Shown piece by piece: positions 23,064 through 37,000 of a stretch of DNA of 64,000 nucleotides. The stretch lies in the NCBI GenBank assembly GCA_036172245.1, contig JAYWIR010000039.1:992001-1056000 (forward strand), read 5' to 3'. Each line of letters opens with the position of its first letter. Position 1 is the first letter of the stretch. Below the pieces are notes generated by a model. That model did not search any database, was not told where the DNA came from, and saw nothing but the letters and a program-made list of their open reading frames with translations. Origin of the DNA: Raillietiella orientalis (Eukaryota). The position numbers and the translations under genes are program-made.

Positions 23064-25882
23064 AATTTGTACATTCCTGTATTGTATTTTGTGTAGTAAG
23101 TTGATAACTCTAATGACTGTATAGATGTTCAACCTTGAATTTTTTACATGTGTTTAATGCAGTCTTTGAGACAATTTGTAAGTATAAACAGATGTTAGAT
23201 GTTGGCTTCCTACTGGTCAGAATAGTTATTGTTTGTGTGAGGTAATCCCTAAGAGATTATGTCATGAGAACAAGGTTGAGAAATGTACAGAAACTTATGA
23301 ATAAGTGTTATGTATACTTGATTAAAAATGATATAAAACTTGTGTGTTTATGTGTGGCTCAAATTTTCAAGTACATTCTTGGAAGTAATTTGGATTTTAT
23401 CATTTAAATTCATGTCAGTTATTCTAATACTAATCCTTAAATGAAAGAGGAATTGACAGCATTTCAAAGGTGTTCTACACATTGCAGAGAAGGAAATAGG
23501 AAACTTAAAGTAGCTCTTTTTGTTCAAAGTGAAGTTTTTCTATTGTGCAAACCATTAATCAAGTTTTACATATTAAAATTTCATGCTATGGCTGATTTCT
23601 TGAAATTGATTTTTTTCCTTTTCTGTACCTTTTTTTTTTTTTTTTTTTTAAACTAGTGTATGTATTAAGATAAACCAAAAATTCTTTTCAACTTCATTCA
23701 GAAATGAAGAGTAAAAAAAAAAAAAGAAAAGAAAAGTATTTGGTAGTAACATTGATTAACCATACACTTACAGGAAATAAAAATTCGTACTTTTAACCCA
23801 TGCAGTTACTTTTGTGTTTCATTCCACTTCATTGAAGCATCTAGTAATTATTCTAAAGTAGTTGCATAAAGGATTGTTTTTTTGAAAAAGAAAAAAATAC
23901 TCAGCTGCTCTTGTATCAAGAATAAATTGAAAATTTCAATTTGATGTTTTCCATTGAAATTATTTTTTCAAGTTATGTTTGATTTATTCATATGCATAAA
24001 GTAATGTAAAATTGATTAAATGAAAGAAACCAATATTCCCACAGTAAGACTGCCTGGCAGCAGACATGAGAACTGAGCCCTAAACAGAAGAAAAACCAAT
24101 CTTTCAGAAAAGTCTTTTATTTTGTGTATTAGTACTTTTTATTTTGCATGTGATCTGATTTCATATATGCTATGTGTATGCCTCTAATCATGATACAAAG
24201 ATTCCAATTTATTTTATATTGGGACCCTTTTGAAATAAATACTGACTATGAGCAAAGGTAATAATGAATGGTTTTTAACAATGAAATGGGTTTTTTAGTT
24301 CAATGGATAAAGGTTAATTAGAAACTTTTCTAAAGAAGTTGTTGCTTTTGTTCCAAAATAGTGTTTGAACTAATTTTTGCATGTTCAGCAGAATTTTTTT
24401 AGTTGAAGCTGGTATGACCATTGTATTATATCTGATTTAAAAAGTAAGATCTGAGAACAATCACGTCATTCCCTAAATCACGATTCTTAACAATTTGAAC
24501 TAACAAAATATCCAAGTCACAGTAATCATGTACTGTACCTTGTATTCATGTCTCAGTAACCATCCTCGAAAAATCTAGGTTTGTGTTTAATGCTCATGTT
24601 AATGGAGAGTGTTCCATTACCAAAAAAAAAATTAAGAGGAAGCAAATGCATTAATGCTTCAATATTTTTAGGTGTAATGAGTGAATGCTTGTTATTGTTT
24701 TTGATATTTATTGGTTGTCTGATTGATACTTCTGATTCAATTCTAGCAGATTGTGCGCTAAATGTTAGAAATTGCTTAAAATTGTCATGCTAACAGCAAG
24801 AAAAGAAAAAAAAACCTAACATTGGATTTGAAGTGTGAGAATAATTTCAAAAATAAGTAACTATACTTTAACAATAAAGCATTAGGTATCCACCTGAGTT
24901 ATTTTATTAAAATTGAATCTTTTTATCTTATTTCCTTATAGTTCGTAGTTGTATTGAGAAAACTTTTTTTCTTGACAAGTATGACCACATTTGCTTGATG
25001 AATGCAGATAGCATGTGCAAACTTCTCTGTGTAAAAATTTAAGTTCAGAAAATCAAGACCCAGATTTGGTAGAGTATTTATATGGATGGAAATTAATATG
25101 TGGTCAGAACAAACTAAAAGGAACCAATATGTTTGGTAAAGGCAGTCATAATGCAATTGAGTAATTGCAATACTCAATGCTTTAATGATTTAATCTGGGA
25201 AAATTCATATTATATACAGCAAATTGTATTCTATTTACCTTAGTTCACGTGTATAGATAATAAGTCCTGTTATGCTTATTTCTGTGTGCATTTAATTTTG
25301 AATATCGTTAGAATCACCTGCAAGTGTTTTATTTTTTTTTCGAAAAAAAAAATGCATATGGCATTGGAGAAATTTGTATCACCACTAAAAGTCGCTTTTA
25401 CGCATTTTTCTACTTAAAATAATGATTATATAATGAAATAACTTGTCCTATGAAGGTTTTATTTCCATTTTACCACATTTACTAGCAGAGATGTATGCTG
25501 AACTTCCACTGAGAGCGCTAGAAAGTTTTCAATAGATTCTAATAATTCAAATACAGGTTCTATCATCGAACATTCTCATTTTTGGCACAGTTGGTTGTCA
25601 GTTTAAAGCTGTGATAGCAATTTTTGACTTTTGATAAAGTATTTCATTCAAACATTTCTTATTGGATTCATCAGTGAATCACCTGTCTGCTTGTGAATAT
25701 AAATGTTTGTTTTGTTAATTATGGTGTGAATTATAGAACAGTAAAGATTCAAAATATAATTTATGGCAAAAGGATTTGCAATTTGCTTTAGGTGCTTATA
25801 GCACAGAAAGACTAAATGATGGGATGTATACCTTACAGTTAAGTAGTTTTTATTTGGAATAAAGTTTAGAAATTACGCAAAT

Positions 25883-25913
25883 TACGTCCATTATTTGAAT
25901 TTTAATGGACGTA
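25883..25913. repeat. Perfect 11-bp inverted repeat (hairpin)
   Basis: tacgtccatta-[tttgaattt]-taatggacgta. Confidence 0.8.
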
Positions 25914-26207
25914 TTGATTCATTTGAGCCCTAGAATCACTAGCCTGCTTGAGGTTGATTTGATGATTTCAGGATTTTCCCTTAAATTTCTCACATAATTT
26001 CATCACAATTTGAAATGCAAGCACAATGTAAACTTCTTAAACAAAGCACAGTTATGAAAGTAACAAATTTATTTGCACATCCAACTGACAGTGAAGCATA
26101 TAATTTTATACATCTGAACCTTACAAAGCCATTATTTACCTTTTTAAGGAATTTGGAAAGTTCATCTCAATTCAGCACTGCATAGTTTTTTGAGGAAAAA
26201 ATTCAAG

Positions 26208-26607
26208 ATGGTAGATGTAAGAGGTATTTGTAAAAGTGGCCGGTTTTGGAAAACCCCAAAGGCAAAGTAAGATCATAGTGCTTTTTAGTTAATATATCTA
26301 ATGAATTCACCCTAGAACATCTACCATAACATCTCATAATATCACACATCGCACATGGTCTGAAAGGAATGCTAAGAAAATGGAGCTAAGGGCAACAAAG
26401 AAATTGGAACAACAACTGAAACAAGCACGCAAACAGAGATTGGAAGAGAAGAGAAAACGTTCTGAGGAAAACAAAAAGAGAAGACAAGAAAATGCCCAGA
26501 AAGCAGCTGTGGTTCAGGTAATTTCTAATATGGGCAAACTGAAGCGGATGTCAAAGAAACAAATGCGCCACATTCAAAAGAGAGATACCAATACAGCAAC
26601 TGTGTGA
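26208..26607 (+). CDS. CCDC86: Coiled-coil domain-containing protein 86 (Cgr1 family, ribosome biogenesis), about 116 aa
   Basis: Exons 26208-26266 and 26316-26607 (49-nt intron). Motifs GICKSGRFWK, TWSER, ENKKRRQENAQKAAVVQVISNMGKLKRMSKKQMRHIQKRDT. The frame is open upstream to 26147, so an N-terminal extension is possible. Confidence 0.9.
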
Positions 26608-26667
26608 ACTTCTGATTTATTGATTTTTTCTAAACTACAAATCTGAAGGTTACTTGACTAGTGTGCA

Positions 26668-28081
26668 TTAGTATGCATGATCAGCTACAAACAACTTTTT
26701 GGCAGCAGCTTCTCCTCCAAGACCACCTTTATATTTGCCCAAGGCTGCTTCACCATTAGCCTGAAAGCAAACACTATTAGAGTGAAGACCTTATGATGGC
26801 AGATACGTCATTATCGCTGAAGGTTTAGAACCTTGTTATTAATAAGGTTCACTCATTGCATTCTCATGTATAAACAAAACAATTATGCATGCTGATGTTA
26901 TTAAATACAATACCTTAGATCGTTGCAATAATTCCAATTGAGCCTTTGGAATATTGGCATCTTTGCCAGACCAAGCTCTTAATACTGATGCTTGTAAAGC
27001 TCTCCCATAGCTGAAAGTCAAGCCCCAAGGCTTTTTCCCCTGGAACTGATTAATAGCATTCAGATTTAGTGTAGCTTCTTCTTCAGATTGCCCTCCTGAT
27101 AAAAATGTAACTCCAGGAACTGCAGGGGGTACAGTGCGAGATAAAGCTGTTACAGTAGCTCTTGCAACTTCTTCAGGTTTGTATACAGTCTTATGACTTT
27201 GACCTGCAGTGACCATGTTTGGCTTTAAAAGTGTTCCTTCCAAAAATACATGATGATCATTTAGAGCTTTGTACACAGCTGCTAGGACAGTCTCTGTCAC
27301 TTTCTGTGCTCTATCAAGATCATGATCCCCATCAGGTAGCACCTAATTCATTGATGAGAGCCTCATTTGCAGGTTAATTTGGTTACCTCTGGCTCCACAA
27401 TAGGTACCAAACATTGTGACTGGCATATAGAAGCATATCGAGCTAGTACATTTGCATTCTCCAAGATAGCTTGGTATGAAGGAGTATTAGCTTTGATTTT
27501 TAGTACACAACGCCATTTTGCAAAGTGACATCCCAGCTTTTTATAATTTGCACATCTGGCTGCTAGGTCATCTAGCCCTGTAGAAATGTTTTCTTCCAGT
27601 CAACTGCTTTTGTAATAGAAGTCTTTACCTTGGGTTGTGCATTCATCTTCTGATCCAAATAAAGGCACCACACCCTTATCAACTTTAATTCCGGGAATTA
27701 TGCCCTTTTGTTTAAGTACTTCAAGAAATGTTTTACCAACAAATGGAGTTTCGATACCCTCTATCGCTTGAACCGTCTGGTGTAATGTCTCCTCAAACAG
27801 AATTACGCCAGACAAATACTGGGATATTTCTGGGTCACTGGTGAATAAAAGCTGGATTTTCGGTGCAGTTTGAGGGAGAATTTTAAAAAATCAATAACCT
27901 GTCTGTATTTTCTTCGGTTGTCTTCGGTGTTGTCCAGGCCAATATCGGCTAGTCGTTTTCCCATGGTTGCAGATGATTCATCTGCAGCCAGGATGCCTTT
28001 TCCGGGTGCAACAATGGCATTAGCTATTTCTTTAAGCTCCTCCTGGATCTGATTGGAAGGATAATGGAAATACGTAGTCAT
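26668..28081 (-). CDS. ALDO: Fructose-bisphosphate aldolase class I, 372 aa
   Basis: Exons 28081-27899, 27851-27629, 27577-27387, 27342-26914 and 26760-26668 (introns 47, 51, 44, 153 nt). Motifs [34 protein letters not shown] (Schiff-base Lys), TFSYGRALQ and C-terminal HAY*. Confidence 0.98.
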
Positions 28082-31000
28082 GATGCTGGAGTCGCCGACC
28101 ACAAGGAAAAAAGCTCTCACTAGGTCTTCGAGGAATTAGCAGCCCTGCAAGATCAATCATAGAACATGGGGCACTACGGGTACACAATAATTTTGTAAAC
28201 CTCCCCTCTTTTGCGGAATGTACTTTCGATTCGCCCTTGCAATGACTTTAGCCAGAAACTTAAACGCGCATGTGTACGTGATGTCTGTCCGGGGTACTGT
28301 TATTGTTGAAAAAAAAAGTCGGATTATTTTCGTACGTTTGGCATAAGCGTTCTTTGTGCCCATCGCTTCAAAAAATTTTTTGCACAGGCGGCCGCAATTT
28401 TGGGAAAGAACTGAAAGGGCAAAACCCATGTGCACGAGTCTTCCCATCGGCTCGAAGTTATAAATAAGCGTGAAATTGAATTTCTTCCCCTTTGAGACGC
28501 AGCGCCACTAGCCAGGAAGGAAACTAAATGTTAACATGCTATATATATATGTTTTGAAAAACCTCGTTAAGGAAGCTCCTCTCCTCGGGTGCTCACGTTT
28601 CTTTTTCTTTCTGGTAGCTCCTTTCGTTACTTACGTGTTATGCAGTCGTGTGAAATTTCCCCGTTTCTAGTTACTCTGGAACGGCAAGAACGTGGAACTT
28701 TCTCTTACGTACGATCTGGTCCGAAGTGAGGTGTGCTGAATGGATTCGGATGATGGGAAAATACTGTTTTCGTAATTTGTTAGCTTCGTGGGTCTTCAAT
28801 GGTTTCAGCATTCGCTTACGTACTTTCACGATGCGATACGTACCGGTCGGGTATGTAATCGTGTAAAATATCGGTCCCCTTTACGGTTTCCAGTTTTCGA
28901 GGTAGGCTTACAAAAAGTGTTCATTGAATTAAAAGTGGCGGCTGATGCTCGAGATTGAGAAGTATCTGCATTGGTAGCGTACGCAGCAAAGCTCACTGTA
29001 CTTGCGCACAACGTATACCTTGGCATCGCTCAAGTACGTCGCCATTCCAGTTGCACCATTCCAATGCTCGCAAAGATCCGGGTTGCCAGATTTTCAAGTT
29101 GATTTAAGGGAAAGTTAGTAAAAAAAAAAAAAGTTTTGTAAAGTGGATCACTGCATTTTTCTGAGTCTTCTTGTTTCATCGTAAAGTTCGTTCTCATTAA
29201 ACATTTATGGGAATCAAAAAAAAAAAATGTGTTTGGCCACCTGAAAATCGAACATCTCAAAATAAGTTAGAAAATCAGAGTTTATTTAATATTAAACTTA
29301 ATACTGAATTGTGAAGTGTCACAATAACATTAGTTTTTAGTAACCGAGAAAACCGTGTTCTAATGGAAACGATCCGTTTTATCCCGTCCTCTGAATTCAA
29401 ATATCCTTTGGAGGTTTTACCTCCTCGGGAAGTTATGCTTTACCACCGACCTGCTTCCAAATTTTCAGTTAATACTTACTCTCTTTCCTTCTTTCGTCAC
29501 GTCACAGTAAGTAATTTATTCCAAAGTTCTTTCTGATAAAGTGGTGGGCATAGGTGTTGAAATGTACATTTTGCTTTTCATAAGTTATCAATTGCAGGAT
29601 GAGCTGCTTGGTCGGCTCATGGTGAGAATTTACAGCACGTACGTTCATGAGGGAGCGCACAATTGATCCTTTTTACTTTCGAATCGGCTACTGCTTGAGG
29701 TTTCCCAAATGTCACATGCTGTAAGCAGATTGTGCTGACTCTTCCAATGAGTAATGAATTTGAAAATCAGTCACTAACTAGGAAAGGGTTTTTTTGTTCT
29801 TTTTTTTTTGTAGGACATTAATTTCTCCCGGAATTTTTTTTCATTTTTTTTTTTTTGCAGTAGATATGCGTTGTCCACTCGGTCTTTCCATGGTTAAGCA
29901 GTGGCTTGTCCAATCATCTTATGTCAAAAAACAATGTGTGTTCCTTACTTCGCGTGAAAACCCAAATGTATGTATGGCAGCTCAGTTAGAAATTCGTGTA
30001 TTTTAAGCACAGGTTTATGGCCCTTCTCAAAAGGCTTTATATTCTTAGGGTTCTTCAGCAGTGCTTCCATTGCAGGAAAAGTGGTAAACAGCTTAGAACG
30101 TGACTTAGTTTTGATAATCAGCCGAAACTTCCTCTAACCCGAGCACTTTCTTCGATGTGTGTTTTCCTTTTTTAAATTGCAGATCGGACCTTGAGGCGCA
30201 GCCGGATTTCTTCATCATCTTGTGCAATACGTGATGACAGCATCCAATTTCATCTGTTTGCTTCTTGGCATTTTTCAGTGCAGAATGACATTGGGTCTTT
30301 TCCAAATTCGATGAGGCATTTTCTGCGGTATATTAATGGAAAATCCATCTCTGATTAAAAAGTAGGTCCCGCATATAACTTGAGGGATACATTCGGCGTT
30401 ATATGAGTCCTAGGAATTACATAAGAATAATGCCATGGTCTTTATAAAAGGTATAAAACGTATCATGAACGTTACAGCAACAGAATATTTATTATTTCGC
30501 CTCAAAGCAAAAAATTAAAAGTGTTTATTGTTTATCTTAAAGTAAAGAGAAAAAGCTCTTGGAGTTTCGTTGGTGTTTAATCAATTCAAACTACTCTGTA
30601 GCTTCAGCCTTACCGTTCTCTTTATCCAAAAATGCAACCTGCTAAAATCACATGTTCTTTTTAAAAGCAGCTGAACTGCAGCCAGCATTCCGAACATCCC
30701 CGTACGTTTCCTTTTGGACTCGAAGAATGCTACTCCTTTAGTCTTACGTAAGTAGCGAGATATCGAAGGGAAACATTCCAGGCTACCTGGCACCCCTTGC
30801 TTCGGTACTTATAGTAAGCAGTAATCTCCGGGACCCTTAATCCCTGGCTCTTCTTCACCGCTTCTGGAGTTTACGTTTTACTGCAGATGCATTTTGGACC
30901 AAATTTCGGAATCTTCATACCGAATCGACTCAGCCAGTTAGTAAAGATTGGATCATGGTGGTGGAGAGTGATGCTGCGTCTCTACCGGCAACAGGTGGTA

Positions 31001-34000
31001 GTGCTTCGTACTTGGAGCTGCGAAATGCTGTAAACCCCTTGTGACGCAAGTTCGTACACGCGGCAGAAAAATCTTAGCTGTTCTCGTACAACGCGGTCAG
31101 TCAGTCCCGCACGAGGATTAATTTTTTGTGGTACAGAGTCAGTTGAGCTGTTTTCTTCGGGGGAGGGGGGGAGGACACGAACGAGTGATTTAAGTGGATT
31201 GAAAATTCCATTTCATTCCCTTCTTCATGAATAGAATAGGACAAGATTTTTTTTCCATCCTACGATAAATAATAAGTAAACATTTTTAATTTTTTCTTTT
31301 TATTCTAAATATACTAGACACTCTACAGTTAAAACGTCCAAGGTGCATTTAACACATTCATTTAATACATGATATATGTATAACCCATAGGGCTCGTATA
31401 ACGCGGAACGTATCTCCCGCTTATACGTGTGGCCTCTCTGCGTATTTAAAATGAATCGAATTAAATAAAATCGGGATGGTGTTTTCACAAACATGGTGGG
31501 AATCACATGACGACAGATTTCTCAGTTTCAGTTTCCACTTTCAGCTGACCTCCTTGCAGCATGCAAGACATTTGACAAGATGATTCTTTTTCTCGGGAAT
31601 TCTTCCGGGGGGTTGTGTTTATGTACTCCATCCTTACTGATCTTTGTTAAATCTCACCGTGGGGTTCTTCGGTATCGTTTTCTCTTTGCCCCCTGATTGA
31701 TTTCACGGATCTTTCCATACTCATTATGCCCAAATAGTATTGAGGTGATTGAGTTTTGATCTAAAAGAGAAGGTAAAAAAAAAAAGAGAGGACATTCCAT
31801 TTTACAAGCACTTCTATCAACAAAGTATCAAAAACTATTTTATCACAGTTTATCTCGCAGATGGCTGATTTCCACCAATTAAGGGAGTTACCGGATGGTT
31901 CGTGAATCTTTCGTGTTTCAGGGAATCTAATCTTGCTCCAAAGCAGCAATTTTTTCTCTTCCCATTTATTGGACTCGGCAGTTTCGTTGAAATTCTTGTG
32001 ACCTGTCTTGACCGTTACCCCTTTTGAATCATTTCGGGTTTCTGTTAGGGCAAGCTTCCGATGAGCGGTTCCATCATGGGTTGGTTGCAATTCTTTCATC
32101 CTTTCGTGGCGGGAACACTCGAAATCTGTTTTCGCCGATTTGCTTGGGACCTCAGTCCGTTTCCAGCAACTTGCCCTCATACCCTTAGAAACATATCTTT
32201 CATTTCTCCTTCTTTCTTTCTTCCTTGTAATCGGTTCTCGGCCGCGATTTCCGTCTCTGTTCGTCGTGACCTCGCGTGTCCAGCAATGCCTAAAGCGGCA
32301 CCTTTAAACGCCTGTTCTCATCGATCCGGAGAGCAAACTTTCTTGCTGCTTTGCTGCGCTGTCATCAGCGCTTTCGATTTTCTGCTCTGGTTTTCCAGAA
32401 AGTCATTCAGATCCTGCGGAGGAAGTTTTAGAAATTTTCACATTTCCTGATTGTGGGGCAAAGTTTAGAGTGTGTGAGGGCACTGAGGAAGATGGTGTCT
32501 TTCTGCAGTTCGATCCGTTTTGATTTTGGGCTCGATTTTCGGTAGAGAATCCTTTCAGGGGGAATGCCGAAGCTCCTGCAAGAAGGGTCAGGTACGAGGA
32601 AGGCAACGGGACATCCTCGCATCTGGGATCATCACTTCCTCTTTTCAAAATAAAAATTCGGTGTTTCCATTGTTCCCTAGGGCTGCAATTACAATGGTGG
32701 TCACGTTGGAAATGCTCTACAATTTCGCCCTTGAAGCAGACTTGATCCTTTGATCTGGAAGCTGAATGGCACGGCTGTTTGGAAGGAGAATTTGGATTTT
32801 TTTCGCTGAATGCCTTCCGCGAGTTCTTGTTCTAAGCTAACGAGGTATTACCATGTGGGAATGCTGATCCAGGTTTAGAAGTGCACGCCAGGCTTTTCAG
32901 ATGTGTGCCCAACAGGAACCTAACAGTATGACGACACACTGTTTCCTGTTCATCGATGTTTAAGTAGAGGCTGAACTGTTCGCGAGTATTCCCGAGACTC
33001 ACAGAAACATTTTTCTCAGTTCCAACGTGATTGTCAATTCGTATTTTAGGCGGAGGCATTCGCAGCAACTTTGGCATTTTGAAATGGAGGAAAACGAAAC
33101 CAGGCCCCAAAAGTGAAAGTAGAGACAGTGAAAGTAGATATTTGTAAGCAGCATGTGCGTCTATAGGCATCTCTTTTGGAATGAGGGACCAAGGATAGTC
33201 GTTTATCACTGGAAGGTGTTCCTAGGACCGTTTCCTAATTGGGAGCGTTGATCGACGGTCAAGGTTATTTTAGTGGCGGTGTTTCGTTTCTTGTGGTTTG
33301 TCTTTTCGATTCACAATGGGAACTTCGTGGTCATGAGGTACACTTTTCACACCACCTTTTGTGTCAGTCAAGACGAACGGTTTGATTCGATGTAGCTCCG
33401 CAATGCAGTGATTATAAGGATACACTGGAATCCACTCATTCGAGCATGGACGACGGCGAGTTGCACCCATTCTACACACAGGATACTGGAAAGCTTACCT
33501 TTTCTGATTCTCGATCGAGGAAGATGCCACATGGAATAAATCATCAGTAAACTGCTAAGGAATTCGATAAACACCCAAAGAGTGTTCTTTTTCAGCGCTT
33601 TTTCAGATAACACCACTGCTCTCAGCTTCCCTCAGTTGTCATTTAACCGTAGTATCGATGAATTTTGAAGCAAACACGAAAGGCGTTGGAAATACGAAAA
33701 ATTTTGTATCTTAAAATGAATTTCCTGTTGAAATATGGTCCGTGCTTTTCTGTCCTCCAGGGCTTTTTAGATGCTGCACAGGCAGTGATTTCACCCAATG
33801 ACAGTTCCTCATTTCCAACTATTGGAACGGTGTATGCCTAAAAATAGAACAGACAAGAGCATTTTTGGTGTTGGTGTTTCGGAAGTTGTTCAGGACGCAC
33901 TGGAAGCAACGTCTCCTGAAGGTACCACACACAAAACTTTGGCAAGTCCAAGGTTGCCTCCGATAACCAGGTGATTCAGAATTATAGAGGTTTTCAATTC

Positions 34001-37000
34001 ATCAGTCGCCTCAGATTAAAAACAAGTAATTTAATAAAATTGGTGCCGAGCAGAATTCACAGGTAGATTTCCTCAAGTTCCAGTCTTCCTGCATAGTTCA
34101 AGACGCTTCGAAAAAAAATAATATATATATATGCGGAATAAGCCGTGAAAATGGATATTTTCACAGCTCCCGAATGGAGCATCCGAGGAGCATCATCGAA
34201 ACACATCATTGCTTAATAAGCTCGATCGCATCTCAATAAGTTCTCGACGCTCCCTCCCCCTGTCTCTCTTTTCACCAAAAAGAAGAATCCAGAATCTTGA
34301 TTTTTTTTTCTTCCTTTCGTTTCCGTTCTGTTTTTATTAAGAAGTTTTGAAAAGGGAAGCCAACAAGGTTGGGTGCAGATATTGATTAGGACTGCTGACT
34401 CTTGAGTTCCTTTCGGTGCAGATGAACACTGACTGTGATTGCCGAGATGGGAAGAAGCGCTAAGGAATCATCGAAATCTCCCTGAGGACCGCTTTTGGCA
34501 TGTGCCCCCCCAGGCTACAGTTGCTTAAAGATCCAGTACGGGTGAGATCAGAAGAGAACGGCTTCGGTGAGTGCGGATCCAGTGCTCTTGAAAGAAGGAA
34601 AACAGCAGAGAGCTCCGCAGGTGCGGATCCCAAACGGCCGCGGCATATTGGCCTTTTTAATCAGCAAGCCCTGAAATCAGACAGAAAGTGCCTGCAACCC
34701 GAAACATGTCAAATCATACGTGTTAAACAAAAGTGTTTGTATACAAGTGAAGCAAGTGAATGACGTCACTGCACTTTTTTAGTCTTATGGAACAATTTCT
34801 CTCTTAGGATGGAGAGTCAAAGGAAACATTCGTGATCGGGAAGTGTGAAAAATTATTCGTTCGATTTAATATGTCATAATTTCTCTGCATTTTCGCACCA
34901 AAAAAATCAGGGCTATCGTCAAGTTGCTTTGAATCGTAGGTTTCTGGCAGAAAAAAAAAAAAAAAAGAAGAAAGGATAGAAGGAAAGAAAAGGAAATTGA
35001 ATGTCATGCAATGCAAATACAAGTAGTCTTGGCATTCCTCCGGGCTGTAGTTATTCAGGATAGTCATCGGCATGCTCTGCATTGCTTCGGGAACTTGGAT
35101 GTCACTGACTTGGACCAATTTGCTGCCTGATGGTCTTGAATTCAACGCGTCTTTAATTTGAGCACCTCATGCAGGGAAAAGCTCATCTTTCTTTCCTTCC
35201 TTCCAATTACTAATAAATAAAATGGAAAGGCACATTAAGGTAATCTTCAGAAGATTTTTACTTCGTCATGAGGTCACCCCTCAGTAGCACATGTCCAAGA
35301 TGTTTTTGCCGTTCTTTCCAAATGTTTGCTTCAGCTTATGGATGGATGACCCGCAACCCTTCTGTGGAACTCCACGAGTGGGCGCCAAATTGGAAAAAGA
35401 ATAAAAATTCCTGCCCTCCATTCATCCGGTTTTCCTCGGTGGTCGATTTCTTCTCGAAGAGAGGCCCAATGAATGAATTCCGCATTCCCAGAAAGAGCGT
35501 TCACCAGCCACGAGGAGTGCTTGCCTGAATCTTCCTACGTCATCGGATCGAAAACGCCTCTTCGAGAAAGTTTTCGGGACTGCGAGAGGGTTTCTTCTGC
35601 CGTCTGCATTGCTGTGTAAACGTCTGTGAGAATGGAATCCTCTCTTTCTCTCCCCGAAGCCTGCGTTTCTCACACATCCGGATGCTTTTGCGATTGCTCC
35701 TCTTGGCTTGCTTCTGACTAATCCCATTCTGACTGCAGGGAGGTTCTGTTTTGCGTGCGTCGGTTTTTACCCCTGAGCACCCATTCCAAATCAAGTGCAT
35801 ACGAAAGAGGTGTTCTCTGACAGTTACCACCAGAATTTATTAATGCTACTATTGACGGCACCTTCTCTCGTCGATCCGAGCAGGTGTTACGGATGAAATT
35901 ATTCGAGGATGGGGAAATGGAGTTTGGCGAAGATAGAGACCCCAACAGACTGAAGATGTGATGCCACTTACAAGGTCGAGGGAATGAATTTTATCCATCC
36001 AAAATTCATGAAGCCTGGAGATACGGATTCTGTTATTCCTGGTCTGTTATATTCTCTACGTTTCCAGGGATGTTGAGGATGCTTGTGTTCCTTTCGTCGT
36101 TCCACAATAAGGAGCGTAGCCCTTTCATGAATTTTTGGAAAGTGGCTTCTAAGCTATCGTCCTTGCTGGCTTGGACGCGAATTATTTCACAGTGCAGCAT
36201 TCTGAGGAATTTTCTGGGAACTTTTATTGACCTTAACGACAAGAAAGAAGTTCAGGGCTGTTGCTGCGTGTTTTAGTGTTCTTGGCCTTCTGCAGTACCC
36301 TGATGATTGATGTTTCTTGCATCGTGGCTCCATACAAATCCTCGTTGAATCTTAGAAATCACTTCAGATCTCCATATTTATTGGGCTCGAGTCGTTCATT
36401 AATACATATGCGTTCTTCAGGGTCACCATAGTATTGTTCAATAAGTTACATTTCGTACTTTTCGAGCGGTTCCATACAATCATACAATTTTTCTTTTAGC
36501 TCTGCGTACAGAATTCCATTTGTCGATCTTTGAGGACGGAGTGCACAGCTGTTTCGAAAGAGGGTCCTAAAAAGCACCGCTTGGAAGAAAGGTTCCTTCC
36601 TCCGTCAAAAATACAAAAAAAAATCAAAGAAATTTGTTTGGAGACCGAAAAAAAAAAAAAAAAAAACTGCTACCCCGATTTCTTTCCCTATTTAAAAAGA
36701 ATCCTCATTAAGCTTAGTCTTTTTCCACTACTGCTGCTCTCTACGTAAGCTCATTGGTTCGAGAACTAAATGAAAGACCTTCACGAGGGCTGAAACTTTC
36801 TGGTCATTTGGTCAGTACATTTCACTCGAGGCAAACAGTGGGGATGCTCATGATGTTCTCAAAGACATGAGCTCGAATCAAATGCAAGTTTCCGTACGGT
36901 CCATGCGTGCCGAGGCATCCGTTGTGTCCCGGCATATTTCGAACTACTCTTCTCATCCCTTGGCACATTTCAGGTTTCTCCAGCATCGTTCCTGCTCTTC

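Noticed and set aside
26789..26823. C/D-box-like cctt-ATGATGG...CTGA-agg
   Set aside because: Only about 35 nt, imperfect C box, and antisense to the host aldolase intron.
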